Of a stretch of 64,000 bases of DNA, positions 42,761-51,846 are shown in pieces. A program made the position numbers and the translations under genes. A model generated the notes under the pieces. It did no database searches and was not told where the DNA came from. It worked only from the letters and a program-made list of their open reading frames with translations. Every line of letters begins with the position of its first letter. Position 1 is the first letter of the stretch. Source of the DNA: a virus (taxonomy: Duplodnaviria > Caudoviricetes); IMG/VR virus record IMGVR_UViG_3300034420_000109, positions 1-64,000 of that record; one strand, given 5' to 3'.

Positions 42761-45634
42761 ATGCCCATGCTCCACGACGGAATTGATGACTCTGAATCCA
42801 TCGGCAAGGCTGACGTGGGCCCCCAGGAAGACGAGAACCGAGCGATCCGAGCGAGCATGAAGACCCCCCAGGCACACGGCCGCCACGAGTTCCGCGCGGC
42901 GAAGTGGACGGCCGGGAACGGACACCCACGGTGCCTGGTGTGCGGGGATGAGGAACCGCAGGGCGGCATGTGCGCCGGGCTCCACGGCGCCGTCCCCACG
43001 AACGGGGACAGCATGGCTCAGGTTGCGAAGGGCGAGCCGTCGGAGGCGCAGCGGCGCGCCGGGAACTACCCCAAGACGCACTGGCAGATGCACGGGATGC
43101 GGATCGCCATCGAGAACCTCGCCGGGACCACGCGGAGCGGCGTGGACCACAAGGGCGAGCCGTGGTCGGTGGTCATGCCCTACCACTACGGATACATCAA
43201 GGGCACCGAGGGGGCGGACGGGGACCACCTCGACGTGGCCATCGGGCCGCTCATGGGCCAGGGCACCGAGGCCCACATCATCAACCAGCGCGGGCCGGAC
43301 GGGGAGTTCGACGAACACAAGGTGTTCATTGGCTACCCCAGCCGTCAGGCAGCCATCAACGCGTTCAGGGAGGGGCGGAGTGACGACCCTGACGAGGTTA
43401 TGGGGGCCGTGATCACCGTTCCCATTGACGAGCTGAAGCGGTGGGTTGACGAAGGATGCCTCCAGGAAGAAGCGGTGCTGAAGGCGGAGACCACGCACGT
43501 AAAGGCGCACTACCGGATCCAGAACGGCCGCGTGGTCTACATCCCGAACTACGACCGGGAGGTCCATGGTGACCACCCCGAGGCCACCCTTCACCAGCGG
43601 ACGGTGCTGGGGACGAACACGGCCGGGATCCCGTTCATCCGGGCCACCGATGCCGCGGACAGGGAGAAGGTCCTGGAGGCGGCCCGGTCCCTTGGGGTGC
43701 ATCCGGAGACCCAGCGGCCCAGCGGAGCGAATCACCACGGGCGCCAGAATTCCTACCCGACCATGTTCTTTGCCACCTACGAGCAGGCCCAGCAGGTCAT
43801 GGATGCGGTGCGCGCGCGGCACGGAGACGTGGCGCATCCGCACACCACGAGCGCAGCCCCAACCCGGGGGCGCGGTGGACTGCAGGCGGCGCTGGCGGCC
43901 CACAACCAACGGCGAGACGCAACGCGAGCCGCCGTGGTCATCACCTCCGTCCAGGCGGCAGCCCACGAGGAATCACCCGATGCGGTGCTGGCGAGTGCCA
44001 TGGAACGAACTGGCGCCGACGCGGTGCGACGTCGGTTCTTTGGGACGGCCCCGGCGGGAGTCCTCGACCGAAGGGTCTACCTGGAGAACACCACCCCAGG
44101 CCACAACAAGCTCTACGTGATCGACCTCCGACAGGTAGGGGAGGGCCAGTGGGTGGTGAACGCGGGAAACGGGCGAATTGACGGCCGGAGCATGACCGTC
44201 CGGACGAAGACCGACCGGCCCATGTCCCAGGCCGCAGCCAATGCCCTGGTGAGTCAGATCAAGGCGGAGAAGATGGGTGGCGGATACGTCTCCGTCGAAG
44301 ACAGCGCCAGCCCCAGCCGCCGATACAGGTTCACCATGATGGACAATTTCAGCCACCCGATGGTGAACAGCACCACTCCCCTCGCAGGGGAGGCGCACCG
44401 GGGCCCGGGCGTCTCGGTTCAGACCCCCGCGCGGCCTGCTGCTACACCTGCACCGACCCCAACCAGGGCCCCCACGCCAGCTGCACCGGCCGCTCCTGCT
44501 ACACCAGCACCAGCGCGCGCGGCCGGGAGCACGGCGGCCCAATACAGCGCCCTCCGAGAAGCCGCATGGAACGCCGGGAACGTTGCCCGAAACACGACCG
44601 CGGACAACACCCCCGCATCATTCACGGCATCCATGGCCGCCCACCGGGCCCACCTTGCCGCAGAGCAAGTGGCGCGCGCGCTCGGGATCCCGGAGGCGAG
44701 TGACCGTGGCGCCGTGTGGCACAGCAACCGGGCGCAGCACTGGCTCCAGCACGCGAAGCAGCAATGGACCGGGGCCGTAACCCCAGCCCTTGCCCGCAGC
44801 GGGACCAATTCTGCCGTCGCCAATGGGTATGGGTTCGCGGACGCGGTGCGGGCCCTCGAGGGGAGTCAGAACATCCTGGCCCAGCGCCCCCCGGGGGCAG
44901 CCCTTCCGAGCGGAGTCACGGAGGCGAGCTACACCAGCGCGGTGGCCAACCACGACGCCAACCTCAAGTCCCTCCGAATCGGGCACGAAATTGAACAAGA
45001 GATCCGGCCAGGGACCACGCCAGGGGCCCAGGCTGCCGGTGTCACCAGCACGATCATGGACCGGATCACCCGGGGGACCATCCCCCACGAGCATGCTGCC
45101 CCGGCCACCCGGATCGTCGAATCCATGCAGAATCTCCTCAACGCGGCGAACGCGGCCCGGAACATGGCTGAAGACCCCGCGGCCGAGCCGGACACGCTGA
45201 AGGTGGTCGCTCGCACGGTGGCTGCGATGCACACGGCTGCAACCACGGCGATGACGGCCGCGCCGGAGGCCATTCTGTGGCGGAATGCCCCGAAACGAGT
45301 GGTTGAAGACCTGGCGAAGTTCGGGGAGAAGGCGAAGCGGGAGGCAGACCGCCGGGCAGCCATGCCCCGGAAGTCGGATCCGCGCTACGCCACCGGGCAC
45401 GAGCAGCACATGGAGCGCGCGGCCCAGGCGCACTCGGAGGCCGTCGGAACCAACGTGCAGCGGCCGAAGCTGATCCGAGCCATCGACGCCCACAAGCAGG
45501 CGGCCGTCTCGGTCTACCACGCGGCCCTGGCGGCCCCGAAGGGATCCCGAGAGAGGACGCACCTGATGCAGAAGGCCCAAGAGCACGCCCAGCACGCCCG
45601 GGACTTCGTGGGCAAGCTGAATGCGCGGAGGTAG
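42761..45634 (+). CDS. Polyvalent-type protein: Zn knuckle, InPase domain, HVxxHxR module, WGR domain, helical His-rich C-terminus
   Basis: InPase GNY.K.H...G..I.IEN..G..RSG.D..G..W.V.M..HYGYI.GT.GADGDHLDV..DEHKV; WGR YLE....NKLY.I...GRI....K...GY. Confidence 0.8.
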   Translation: MPMLHDGIDDSESIGKADVGPQEDENRAIRASMKTPQAHGRHEFRAAKWTAGNGHPRCLVCGDEEPQGGMCAGLHGAVPTNGDSMAQVAKGEPSEAQRRAGNYPKTHWQMHGMRIAIENLAGTTRSGVDHKGEPWSVVMPYHYGYIKGTEGADGDHLDVAIGPLMGQGTEAHIINQRGPDGEFDEHKVFIGYPSRQAAINAFREGRSDDPDEVMGAVITVPIDELKRWVDEGCLQEEAVLKAETTHVKAHYRIQNGRVVYIPNYDREVHGDHPEATLHQRTVLGTNTAGIPFIRATDAADREKVLEAARSLGVHPETQRPSGANHHGRQNSYPTMFFATYEQAQQVMDAVRARHGDVAHPHTTSAAPTRGRGGLQAALAAHNQRRDATRAAVVITSVQAAAHEESPDAVLASAMERTGADAVRRRFFGTAPAGVLDRRVYLENTTPGHNKLYVIDLRQVGEGQWVVNAGNGRIDGRSMTVRTKTDRPMSQAAANALVSQIKAEKMGGGYVSVEDSASPSRRYRFTMMDNFSHPMVNSTTPLAGEAHRGPGVSVQTPARPAATPAPTPTRAPTPAAPAAPATPAPARAAGSTAAQYSALREAAWNAGNVARNTTADNTPASFTASMAAHRAHLAAEQVARALGIPEASDRGAVWHSNRAQHWLQHAKQQWTGAVTPALARSGTNSAVANGYGFADAVRALEGSQNILAQRPPGAALPSGVTEASYTSAVANHDANLKSLRIGHEIEQEIRPGTTPGAQAAGVTSTIMDRITRGTIPHEHAAPATRIVESMQNLLNAANAARNMAEDPAAEPDTLKVVARTVAAMHTAATTAMTAAPEAILWRNAPKRVVEDLAKFGEKAKREADRRAAMPRKSDPRYATGHEQHMERAAQAHSEAVGTNVQRPKLIRAIDAHKQAAVSVYHAALAAPKGSRERTHLMQKAQEHAQHARDFVGKLNARR

Positions 45635-45637
45635 GCC

Positions 45638-47056
45638 ATGGCAGCCGTCGCCGAAAGGCCCGCCACCCATCAAGAGAAGCGGCACGTAACCGGGCACTAC
45701 CGGACCCTGCACACGGGGAAGGTGGTCTACGTCCACGATTTCAGCGCCAGCCACGCCATCGCCAGCCACAGCCGGAGCGCACACCTGCACGAGCGGTCGG
45801 TGCTGCTGCAGAACAGGAACTCGATCCGCGTCTCGAACGCGGCGGACCTCCGCGCCATGCAGACGGCCGCGCAGCGGGAGGGGGTGGAGTTCACCCGCCG
45901 CCGGGCAGGGGCGAACCACCACGGGCGCCAGGGGGCATACGACCACCTCGACTTCCAGACCCCCGAGGCGGCCAGCAGGGTGATGGAGCACGCGCGCCTG
46001 GCGTTCGAGGGCCACAACGCCCCCATCGAGGGCCAGGGACCTGCCCAGGAGCCACGCGAACCCCGCGCGCGCGCCGTCCGACCCCCCGTCCACCCCCAGG
46101 CCGACCTTGGGCCCCAGGAGGGGGCAGACAACGGCCCGGACACGGACCCGGCACCTGCGCCTGCAGCCGCCCGCCCCGCCGCGACCGAGGAGCCCGTGGA
46201 CGTGGACTCCCAGTTCGCCCGAATCTTTGGTGAGCGCATCGAGACCCCTGCCCCGGACGCGGAAGAGATCGGAGAGGCCTTCGAGGCCATCTTTGGGAAG
46301 CTGCCCAGCATTGAGCCACAGGTCCACGTCGTGAGCGCAGCGGACGCGGGAAGGGTCAGCCAGGCCGGGGGCTTCACCGAGGTGACGTTTGACTCGTCGG
46401 CGATTCAGATCTGGAACGCCCACATCAAGGTGGATCCAGCAATCCACCTGGTGGAGATCTACAAACACTTCGGGCCCGGCGGGAGCATGCGAGTTAGCGG
46501 CGACGGCGGCAGCGGACTGACCATCACCTACAACAACAGGACCCGCGCCGGGAACTGTGAGATTACCCGGCACTACAGCGGCCTCGGAGGCCCCAACTCT
46601 GCCGTAAGCCACTCCTATTTCCAGGTGCCATCTGGCAATCAGGGGGAGAACCAGGGCAAAAAGCTGTTTGCAGCGTCCATGGACTTCTACGAGAAAATCG
46701 GCATCAAGAAGATCACCGTCCACGCCAATATCGACATCGGATCCTATGCGTGGGCACGTTACCGATTCGTCCCGAACGACGCCCGGCACTTCGGCGTGAT
46801 TAAAACAGCGGTCGGCAGGTTCAGGCTGGCCCAGACGTGGCTGCGCGACTTCCCTGAATTCAAGCGGGCCATCGAGGGGGCCGACCCCAAGGGCGCGTGG
46901 GTGATCGCGGACCACATCTCGGACCAGATCCGAGCGGGCAAAATGACGAGAGAAGAGAACCCGATGAAGAACCTCCACTGGTATGGGCACATCGACATGA
47001 CGAATGCAGCCCACGTTCGGAAGGTGCGAGAATACGTGGGCAGGGGGGCGGCATGA
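45638..47056 (+). CDS. Putative virion-associated protein with C-terminal GNAT-like acetyltransferase
   Basis: N-terminal HVTGHYR module; C-terminal VSHSYFQV...QGENQGKKLF....YEKIGIKKITVHANIDIGSYAWARYRF. Confidence 0.65.
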   Translation: MAAVAERPATHQEKRHVTGHYRTLHTGKVVYVHDFSASHAIASHSRSAHLHERSVLLQNRNSIRVSNAADLRAMQTAAQREGVEFTRRRAGANHHGRQGAYDHLDFQTPEAASRVMEHARLAFEGHNAPIEGQGPAQEPREPRARAVRPPVHPQADLGPQEGADNGPDTDPAPAPAAARPAATEEPVDVDSQFARIFGERIETPAPDAEEIGEAFEAIFGKLPSIEPQVHVVSAADAGRVSQAGGFTEVTFDSSAIQIWNAHIKVDPAIHLVEIYKHFGPGGSMRVSGDGGSGLTITYNNRTRAGNCEITRHYSGLGGPNSAVSHSYFQVPSGNQGENQGKKLFAASMDFYEKIGIKKITVHANIDIGSYAWARYRFVPNDARHFGVIKTAVGRFRLAQTWLRDFPEFKRAIEGADPKGAWVIADHISDQIRAGKMTREENPMKNLHWYGHIDMTNAAHVRKVREYVGRGAA

Positions 47057-47247
47057 CCCAGGAGAAGGGCACCGAAGGGTTCTACCTCGACGAAGAGGGA
47101 CAGCCGCAGGACCGCGACCTCCACGGGGACTGCCAGCCGGAGAACATGGCCGGGTTCAACCGCGAAATGTGGATCTGGGGCCTCGAGGCGGGATACGAGC
47201 CCGAAGGCTTGACCCGTCTCTACGGCCCCAGGCCCGAAGGCGTCTAG
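47053..47247 (+). CDS. Small acidic protein (64 aa; absent from the ORF track as a separate gene)
   Basis: ATGA-coupled to the GNAT gene; MTQEKGTEGFYLDEEGQ...FNREMWIWGLEAGY. Confidence 0.7.
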   Translation: MTQEKGTEGFYLDEEGQPQDRDLHGDCQPENMAGFNREMWIWGLEAGYEPEGLTRLYGPRPEGV

Positions 47248-47249
47248 GC

Positions 47250-48296
47250 TTAATCCTCGAGGCGCTGGCCCCAGAGGCCCCGGCGTTCCACCTGCTGGCG
47301 CCGGGGCCTCTTGTTCTTCCGCGTCACCTCGGGCCACGCCTCCTCGCTCCCCCACCGGCTCTGGTTGGGCCGGGAGAGTTCACGGACGACCATCTCCTCG
47401 GGGATCGGCAGGCCGTAGACGCGGCAGGCCTCCCGGAAGGTGTTCAGGTGGAGGGCCAGCACGGGGTCGATGCCGGTGGAGCCGCCCCGATGGTAGCCGC
47501 CCGCCAGGTTCCAGGCCACGGGCAGGGCGAAGTCCTTGCACAACTCGAAGACCATCCGGTCCCGGGCCCGCATTTCCTCGGTGCTGATGTAGCCACCCAG
47601 GGGGTCGCACTCGTGGGGATCGGCGCCAGCCTGGTAGAGCACCACGTCGGGGTGGAAGTCGGCGATTTCCACCAGGAACTCCCGGACCTTGTCGATGTAG
47701 CCGCCGTGCCGCGCCCCGGTCTTTCCGACGGTGCGGTGGAGGATCTGCCCGCCGGGGACCTGAAAGCCACCCTTGGACGAGACGGAAGAAGACACATGCC
47801 GGAGGATCTCGTCGGTGCCGTCGCCATAGTGGGCATCGCAGTCCAGGATCGCCACCCGGCGGGCCTTCCCCTGGGCCAGCAGCGCGAGGGCGGTGATGGC
47901 GAGGCCATTCAGGGTGCAGAACCCAGAGGCCCGGCTCCAGCCCGCGTGGTGGAACCCGGAGGAGAGGGACACGGCGGGCATGGTCGGGGTGGCGGCCAGG
48001 GCGGCCGAGAGCATGGAGCCGGAGGTGTAGGGGAGCGACCGGGCGACCCGGAGGTCGGCGTTTCCGAAGCCGTTCTGGGCCTGGCCGGACAGGATCCTCT
48101 CTACCCAATGGGCATCGTGGGCCCGGGTGAGTTCGGCGAAGAGGAGGGGGCGGGGGCCCACCACCCGAACCGGGAAGCGGCGCGCGACCAGGGCCTCGGC
48201 GACGATGGCGGGCTTCCCGGCGGACGGGGAGAAGTGGGTCATCCCGGGAACGGCCTGCTTGGGGGAGTAGAAGACGGGGATCAAGGGGGTGGACAT
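47250..48296 (-). CDS. Zn-dependent histone-deacetylase-family (AcuC/AphA-like) deacetylase
   Basis: AHD..W, GFHHA....SGFC.LNG.A, ILDCDAHYGDGT, YQAGADP..DPLG, LAGGY. Confidence 0.93.
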   Translation of the reverse strand: MSTPLIPVFYSPKQAVPGMTHFSPSAGKPAIVAEALVARRFPVRVVGPRPLLFAELTRAHDAHWVERILSGQAQNGFGNADLRVARSLPYTSGSMLSAALAATPTMPAVSLSSGFHHAGWSRASGFCTLNGLAITALALLAQGKARRVAILDCDAHYGDGTDEILRHVSSSVSSKGGFQVPGGQILHRTVGKTGARHGGYIDKVREFLVEIADFHPDVVLYQAGADPHECDPLGGYISTEEMRARDRMVFELCKDFALPVAWNLAGGYHRGGSTGIDPVLALHLNTFREACRVYGLPIPEEMVVRELSRPNQSRWGSEEAWPEVTRKNKRPRRQQVERRGLWGQRLED

Positions 48297-48317
48297 TGGG
48301 GCTCCTTTGCATTACCC

Positions 48318-48345
48318 ATTATGAGCAAGGCTCACCATTTGTCAA
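48318..48345 (-). promoter_or_regulatory. Near-consensus sigma70 promoter of the deacetylase gene
   Basis: TTGACA-N16-CATAAT, then GCAAAGGAG RBS. Confidence 0.75.
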
Positions 48346-48406
48346 GTCGAAGTGATAAAAATCACTGGACAGGGAACACGAGCCCCACCTGGTCAAGTCT
48401 GCAAAA

Positions 48407-51130
48407 ATGAGAAGCATCCTGGAGGCGGAGATGAACCACTTGAACGCTATCTTCAGCACGGCCCAGCGGCTCCAGGCGAGCCGATCCTTCCTCCGGGACC
48501 TCCGGGGCCTGGACAAGACGGCCGAGGGCGCCGAGTTCGCCAAGGCCATCGGGGAGGCCGCCGCCCTGGGGGCGACCCCCGAGGACGTGGTGGAGCAGGT
48601 GGTCAAGGCCATGGCCGGGAACGAGGGGCTGGCGCTGGAGATCCTGATGGCGGTCCAGGAGATCGCCAAGGCCCACGTCGAGCACCATACCCGCACCCTG
48701 GCCAACGGGAAGACGGTGGACGTGAAGGCTTACGAGACGGCCCGGACGGGCGCGATGAAGCAGACCACCATGGCCCACGGGGCCACCTTCCACGCTATGC
48801 GGACGAAGACCCCCGAGGCCCATGAGAACGCCGCGGCAGCCCACGAGGCCGCCGCGAAGCAGCACGAGGACGCGCACGGGGTCCACCCCATGGACGTGCC
48901 GGAGGTCGGGAAGGAACACGCGAACCTGAAGGCCCAGCACCAGATGAGCGCGGATTACCACCGCCAGGAGGCCGCGACCATGCGCCACGGGCATGGATAC
49001 GAGGTCCAGGCCAACCGGGCCGTCACCGCGTCCCAGGGGACCAAGGCGGCCATCACCACCCACCAGAGCCAGATGGCCCACCAGAAGGCGGCCGAGGAGC
49101 ACAAGAAGGCCCACGAGTTCGACCCGGGCAAGGGGCACGACCAGCAGGCGGCCATGCATACGGCCCACGCCCAGGCGGCCCAGGCGGTCAACCAGTCCAT
49201 GAACTCCCCCCACCAGGGATCCGACGTGAAGGGCGCGGCCGACGCCAGTCTCAAGGCCTTCCGGGCCACGACGTATGCCCACGAGGGGAAGGGCCTGACG
49301 AGGGATGCCCACGCGGCAGCCGCCAAGGCCCACGAGGAGGCCATCAACCAGCACATGGGGATCCACGGGGCCAAGGAGAGCGACGAAGACGGCCACCACG
49401 GTCAGATCGCCAAGACCCACATGGCCCTCCACGCCTACCACTCCGCCAAGGCCCAGGCAAAGACCCCGGAGGAGGTCGCCAAGGCCCAGGTCGAGGGATA
49501 CACCCGGGTGCAGGACGGCAAGGTCATCCATGTGGGAGCCTACGACAGCAAGCGACAGGCGGCCTTCGAGGCGAGCCGGGTGGCCCACGAGGCGAGCCTC
49601 ACCGCCAAGTCGAAGACGGCCCACACCGCAGCTGCAGCCCTTCACGGGAAGGCTATCGCCGCCCACCGGGAGGCCTGGAATGTGACCAACCACGAGGGCC
49701 GCCGGTCCATGCACGATGCGAACATGGCCGAGCACGGGGACATGATCAGCGGGCACCGGGCCATGGCCACTGCCGGTGGCGGGTTCGAGGATCACCCGTT
49801 CCGGGCCCGGGCGGCCAGCAACCTCGCCCCCGACGTGGAAAGCGTCAAGCCGGGGGAGGAAGACGAGGCTGCGGCGGCCCATGATCGTGCCGGAAGCGCC
49901 CATGTCACGGCGATGGACGCAGCCGGGGCCAACCGATCCCACCACAGCAGTCAGGCTGATCAGCATGCCCAGGACGCGAGGAAGATCCGTGAGCGGAAGG
50001 ATGCTCCGAACGATGAAGACGCAGAAGCGCACGAGGAACTCGCCACGTCAGGGGGGATCGACCTATCCAAACTCGTCCCCGGCCACAACACGGAGACGAC
50101 GAGAAAATCACTCGATAGGCTTGTGAAGTTCGGCATGGCAAAGAAGGATGGCACCAGATACACGGCCACCCCAGAAGGAGAGATTGGAAAAGCCGAGGGT
50201 CCCATGACCACCCTTGGCGGCGGGACCGACCTCGCCACGAAGAGCGGCGGCGCCGCGCTGGCGGTCGAGGGCCGCCCCGGTAAGGAAGGCCGGAAGAAGC
50301 AGGACGGCATGGATTACTGCGATGCCTGCGACACCGCCTACCCGGAGGGCACCAAGCATGAGTGCCCCGGGACGGTCGCCAAGGCCCATGTCGAATCCCA
50401 CACCCGGGTCGTCGGCGGGAAGACGGTGCAGGTCCAGAGCTACGACACCCACCACGCCGCAGCGATGAAGGCTTCATTTGCCGCACAGAGCACCACCGCC
50501 CAGGCCCAGAATCCTGAGCACCACACCCATGCCGCCGCCAGCCACATGAAGGCCGCTGAGGGGCACCGCGAGGCGGCGAAATACGCCCCGGAGGACTGGC
50601 AGAAGAAGGGCCACGAGGACAACGCGAAGCTGCACGAGCACTACGCCCAAGCCCACCACGCCAAGGCGAAGGCTGCCGACCAGCGCGCGGATACCGGTGT
50701 GGACACCCCCCAGCACACCCCCCAGGACCTCAAGGAACTGGAGAACCACCACGACTATGCCGGGTTCGGATACCTCGGCCACGAACACCGAACCGACGAG
50801 ACGGACAAGCACCTCACTGATGCAGCGAACAAGGCGGGGATCTCCAAGCACGAACTCGCCGCCCATGCCCTCAGCAAGTCCGGCCGCCACATGATGGACG
50901 ACCACACGAACCTCGGGGAGAAGGCCAGCGAGGACGAGAAGGTCGCCCACTTCCAGAGGCACCTGACGAGCCCGAAGACCGCGAAGGAACACGGGATCAA
51001 GGAATACGCCAAGGACCTCGAGGAACGCGCCCCGGCGAAGCCTGCTGCTGGTGCGACGGAGCCGGTCACAGTCAAGCCCGCCACCCCAGAAAAGGGATAT
51101 CGGATCCCACCGAAGCCGACCACCAAGTAG
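48407..51130 (+). CDS. His/Ala-rich repeat protein with three KA-HVxxHxR modules (putative internal head polyprotein)
   Basis: KAHVEHHTR, KAQVEGYTR and KAHVESHTR, each followed by H..AA.AH helical repeats. Confidence 0.8.
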   Translation: MRSILEAEMNHLNAIFSTAQRLQASRSFLRDLRGLDKTAEGAEFAKAIGEAAALGATPEDVVEQVVKAMAGNEGLALEILMAVQEIAKAHVEHHTRTLANGKTVDVKAYETARTGAMKQTTMAHGATFHAMRTKTPEAHENAAAAHEAAAKQHEDAHGVHPMDVPEVGKEHANLKAQHQMSADYHRQEAATMRHGHGYEVQANRAVTASQGTKAAITTHQSQMAHQKAAEEHKKAHEFDPGKGHDQQAAMHTAHAQAAQAVNQSMNSPHQGSDVKGAADASLKAFRATTYAHEGKGLTRDAHAAAAKAHEEAINQHMGIHGAKESDEDGHHGQIAKTHMALHAYHSAKAQAKTPEEVAKAQVEGYTRVQDGKVIHVGAYDSKRQAAFEASRVAHEASLTAKSKTAHTAAAALHGKAIAAHREAWNVTNHEGRRSMHDANMAEHGDMISGHRAMATAGGGFEDHPFRARAASNLAPDVESVKPGEEDEAAAAHDRAGSAHVTAMDAAGANRSHHSSQADQHAQDARKIRERKDAPNDEDAEAHEELATSGGIDLSKLVPGHNTETTRKSLDRLVKFGMAKKDGTRYTATPEGEIGKAEGPMTTLGGGTDLATKSGGAALAVEGRPGKEGRKKQDGMDYCDACDTAYPEGTKHECPGTVAKAHVESHTRVVGGKTVQVQSYDTHHAAAMKASFAAQSTTAQAQNPEHHTHAAASHMKAAEGHREAAKYAPEDWQKKGHEDNAKLHEHYAQAHHAKAKAADQRADTGVDTPQHTPQDLKELENHHDYAGFGYLGHEHRTDETDKHLTDAANKAGISKHELAAHALSKSGRHMMDDHTNLGEKASEDEKVAHFQRHLTSPKTAKEHGIKEYAKDLEERAPAKPAAGATEPVTVKPATPEKGYRIPPKPTTK

Positions 51131-51153
51131 GTCGCATCCGGGACGAATTCATA

Positions 51154-51180
51154 GGGGCCCTTCGGGGCCCCTTCCCTTGT
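51154..51180 (+). terminator. Probable terminator hairpin
   Basis: GGGGCCC-TTCG-GGGCCCC followed by TTCCCTTGT. Confidence 0.7.
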
Positions 51181-51264
51181 GGGACAATGAGCCGCAGAAT
51201 TGAGAAGGCCCGGGGCGTTGGAGCGCCACCGGGCCAGCATCACAACCCCTTCCAGGAGGATTCG

Positions 51265-51813
51265 ATGCAAGCAGAGAATACCACCCCAGCAGGAAACCGA
51301 TATTGGCGCCGAGAGGGCGGGAAGATCGAGATGGAATTAACCCAGGGGAAAACATGCATCCTGGACGAAAGCGACCTGGGGAAGATTTGTTACCTGAAGT
51401 GGAGAGCATCTAAAAATCACGAGCGATTCTACGCGAAGACACATGCATACGGCCGAGATAGGAAGCGTCGTGAATTGGGCATGCACACGCTTTTACTTGG
51501 TAATCCATGGCCAGGGAAGGGAGCCCATGTCGATCACCACGATGGGAACACCCTCAACAATTGCCGATCAAACTTAAGGGCAACCGGTGCCGCCGGGAAT
51601 GCTGCAAACAAGAAAAGGCCATCGAGCAATACGACCGGGTTTAAAGGTGTTTCGGTGAACCCAAAATGCACCATCCGGCCATTCCGTGCATTGGTTCAAA
51701 AGGGAGGGAAGAAGGTCTATTCCGCACAATTCGCAACAGCGGAAGAGGCGGCGGAGGCCTACGACAGAGAATCGAGGGTCCATTTTGGGGAATTTGCACG
51801 ACCCAACAAGTAG
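51265..51813 (+). CDS. HNH-AP2 homing endonuclease
   Basis: MH.LL...VDH.DGN.LNN.RSNLR, N.TGFKGV, F.TAEEAA.AYD....FGEFA..N; low GC. Confidence 0.92.
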   Translation: MQAENTTPAGNRYWRREGGKIEMELTQGKTCILDESDLGKICYLKWRASKNHERFYAKTHAYGRDRKRRELGMHTLLLGNPWPGKGAHVDHHDGNTLNNCRSNLRATGAAGNAANKKRPSSNTTGFKGVSVNPKCTIRPFRALVQKGGKKVYSAQFATAEEAAEAYDRESRVHFGEFARPNK

Positions 51814-51846
51814 ACCAATGGGCCGCATGAGACAATCCCAACGGAG

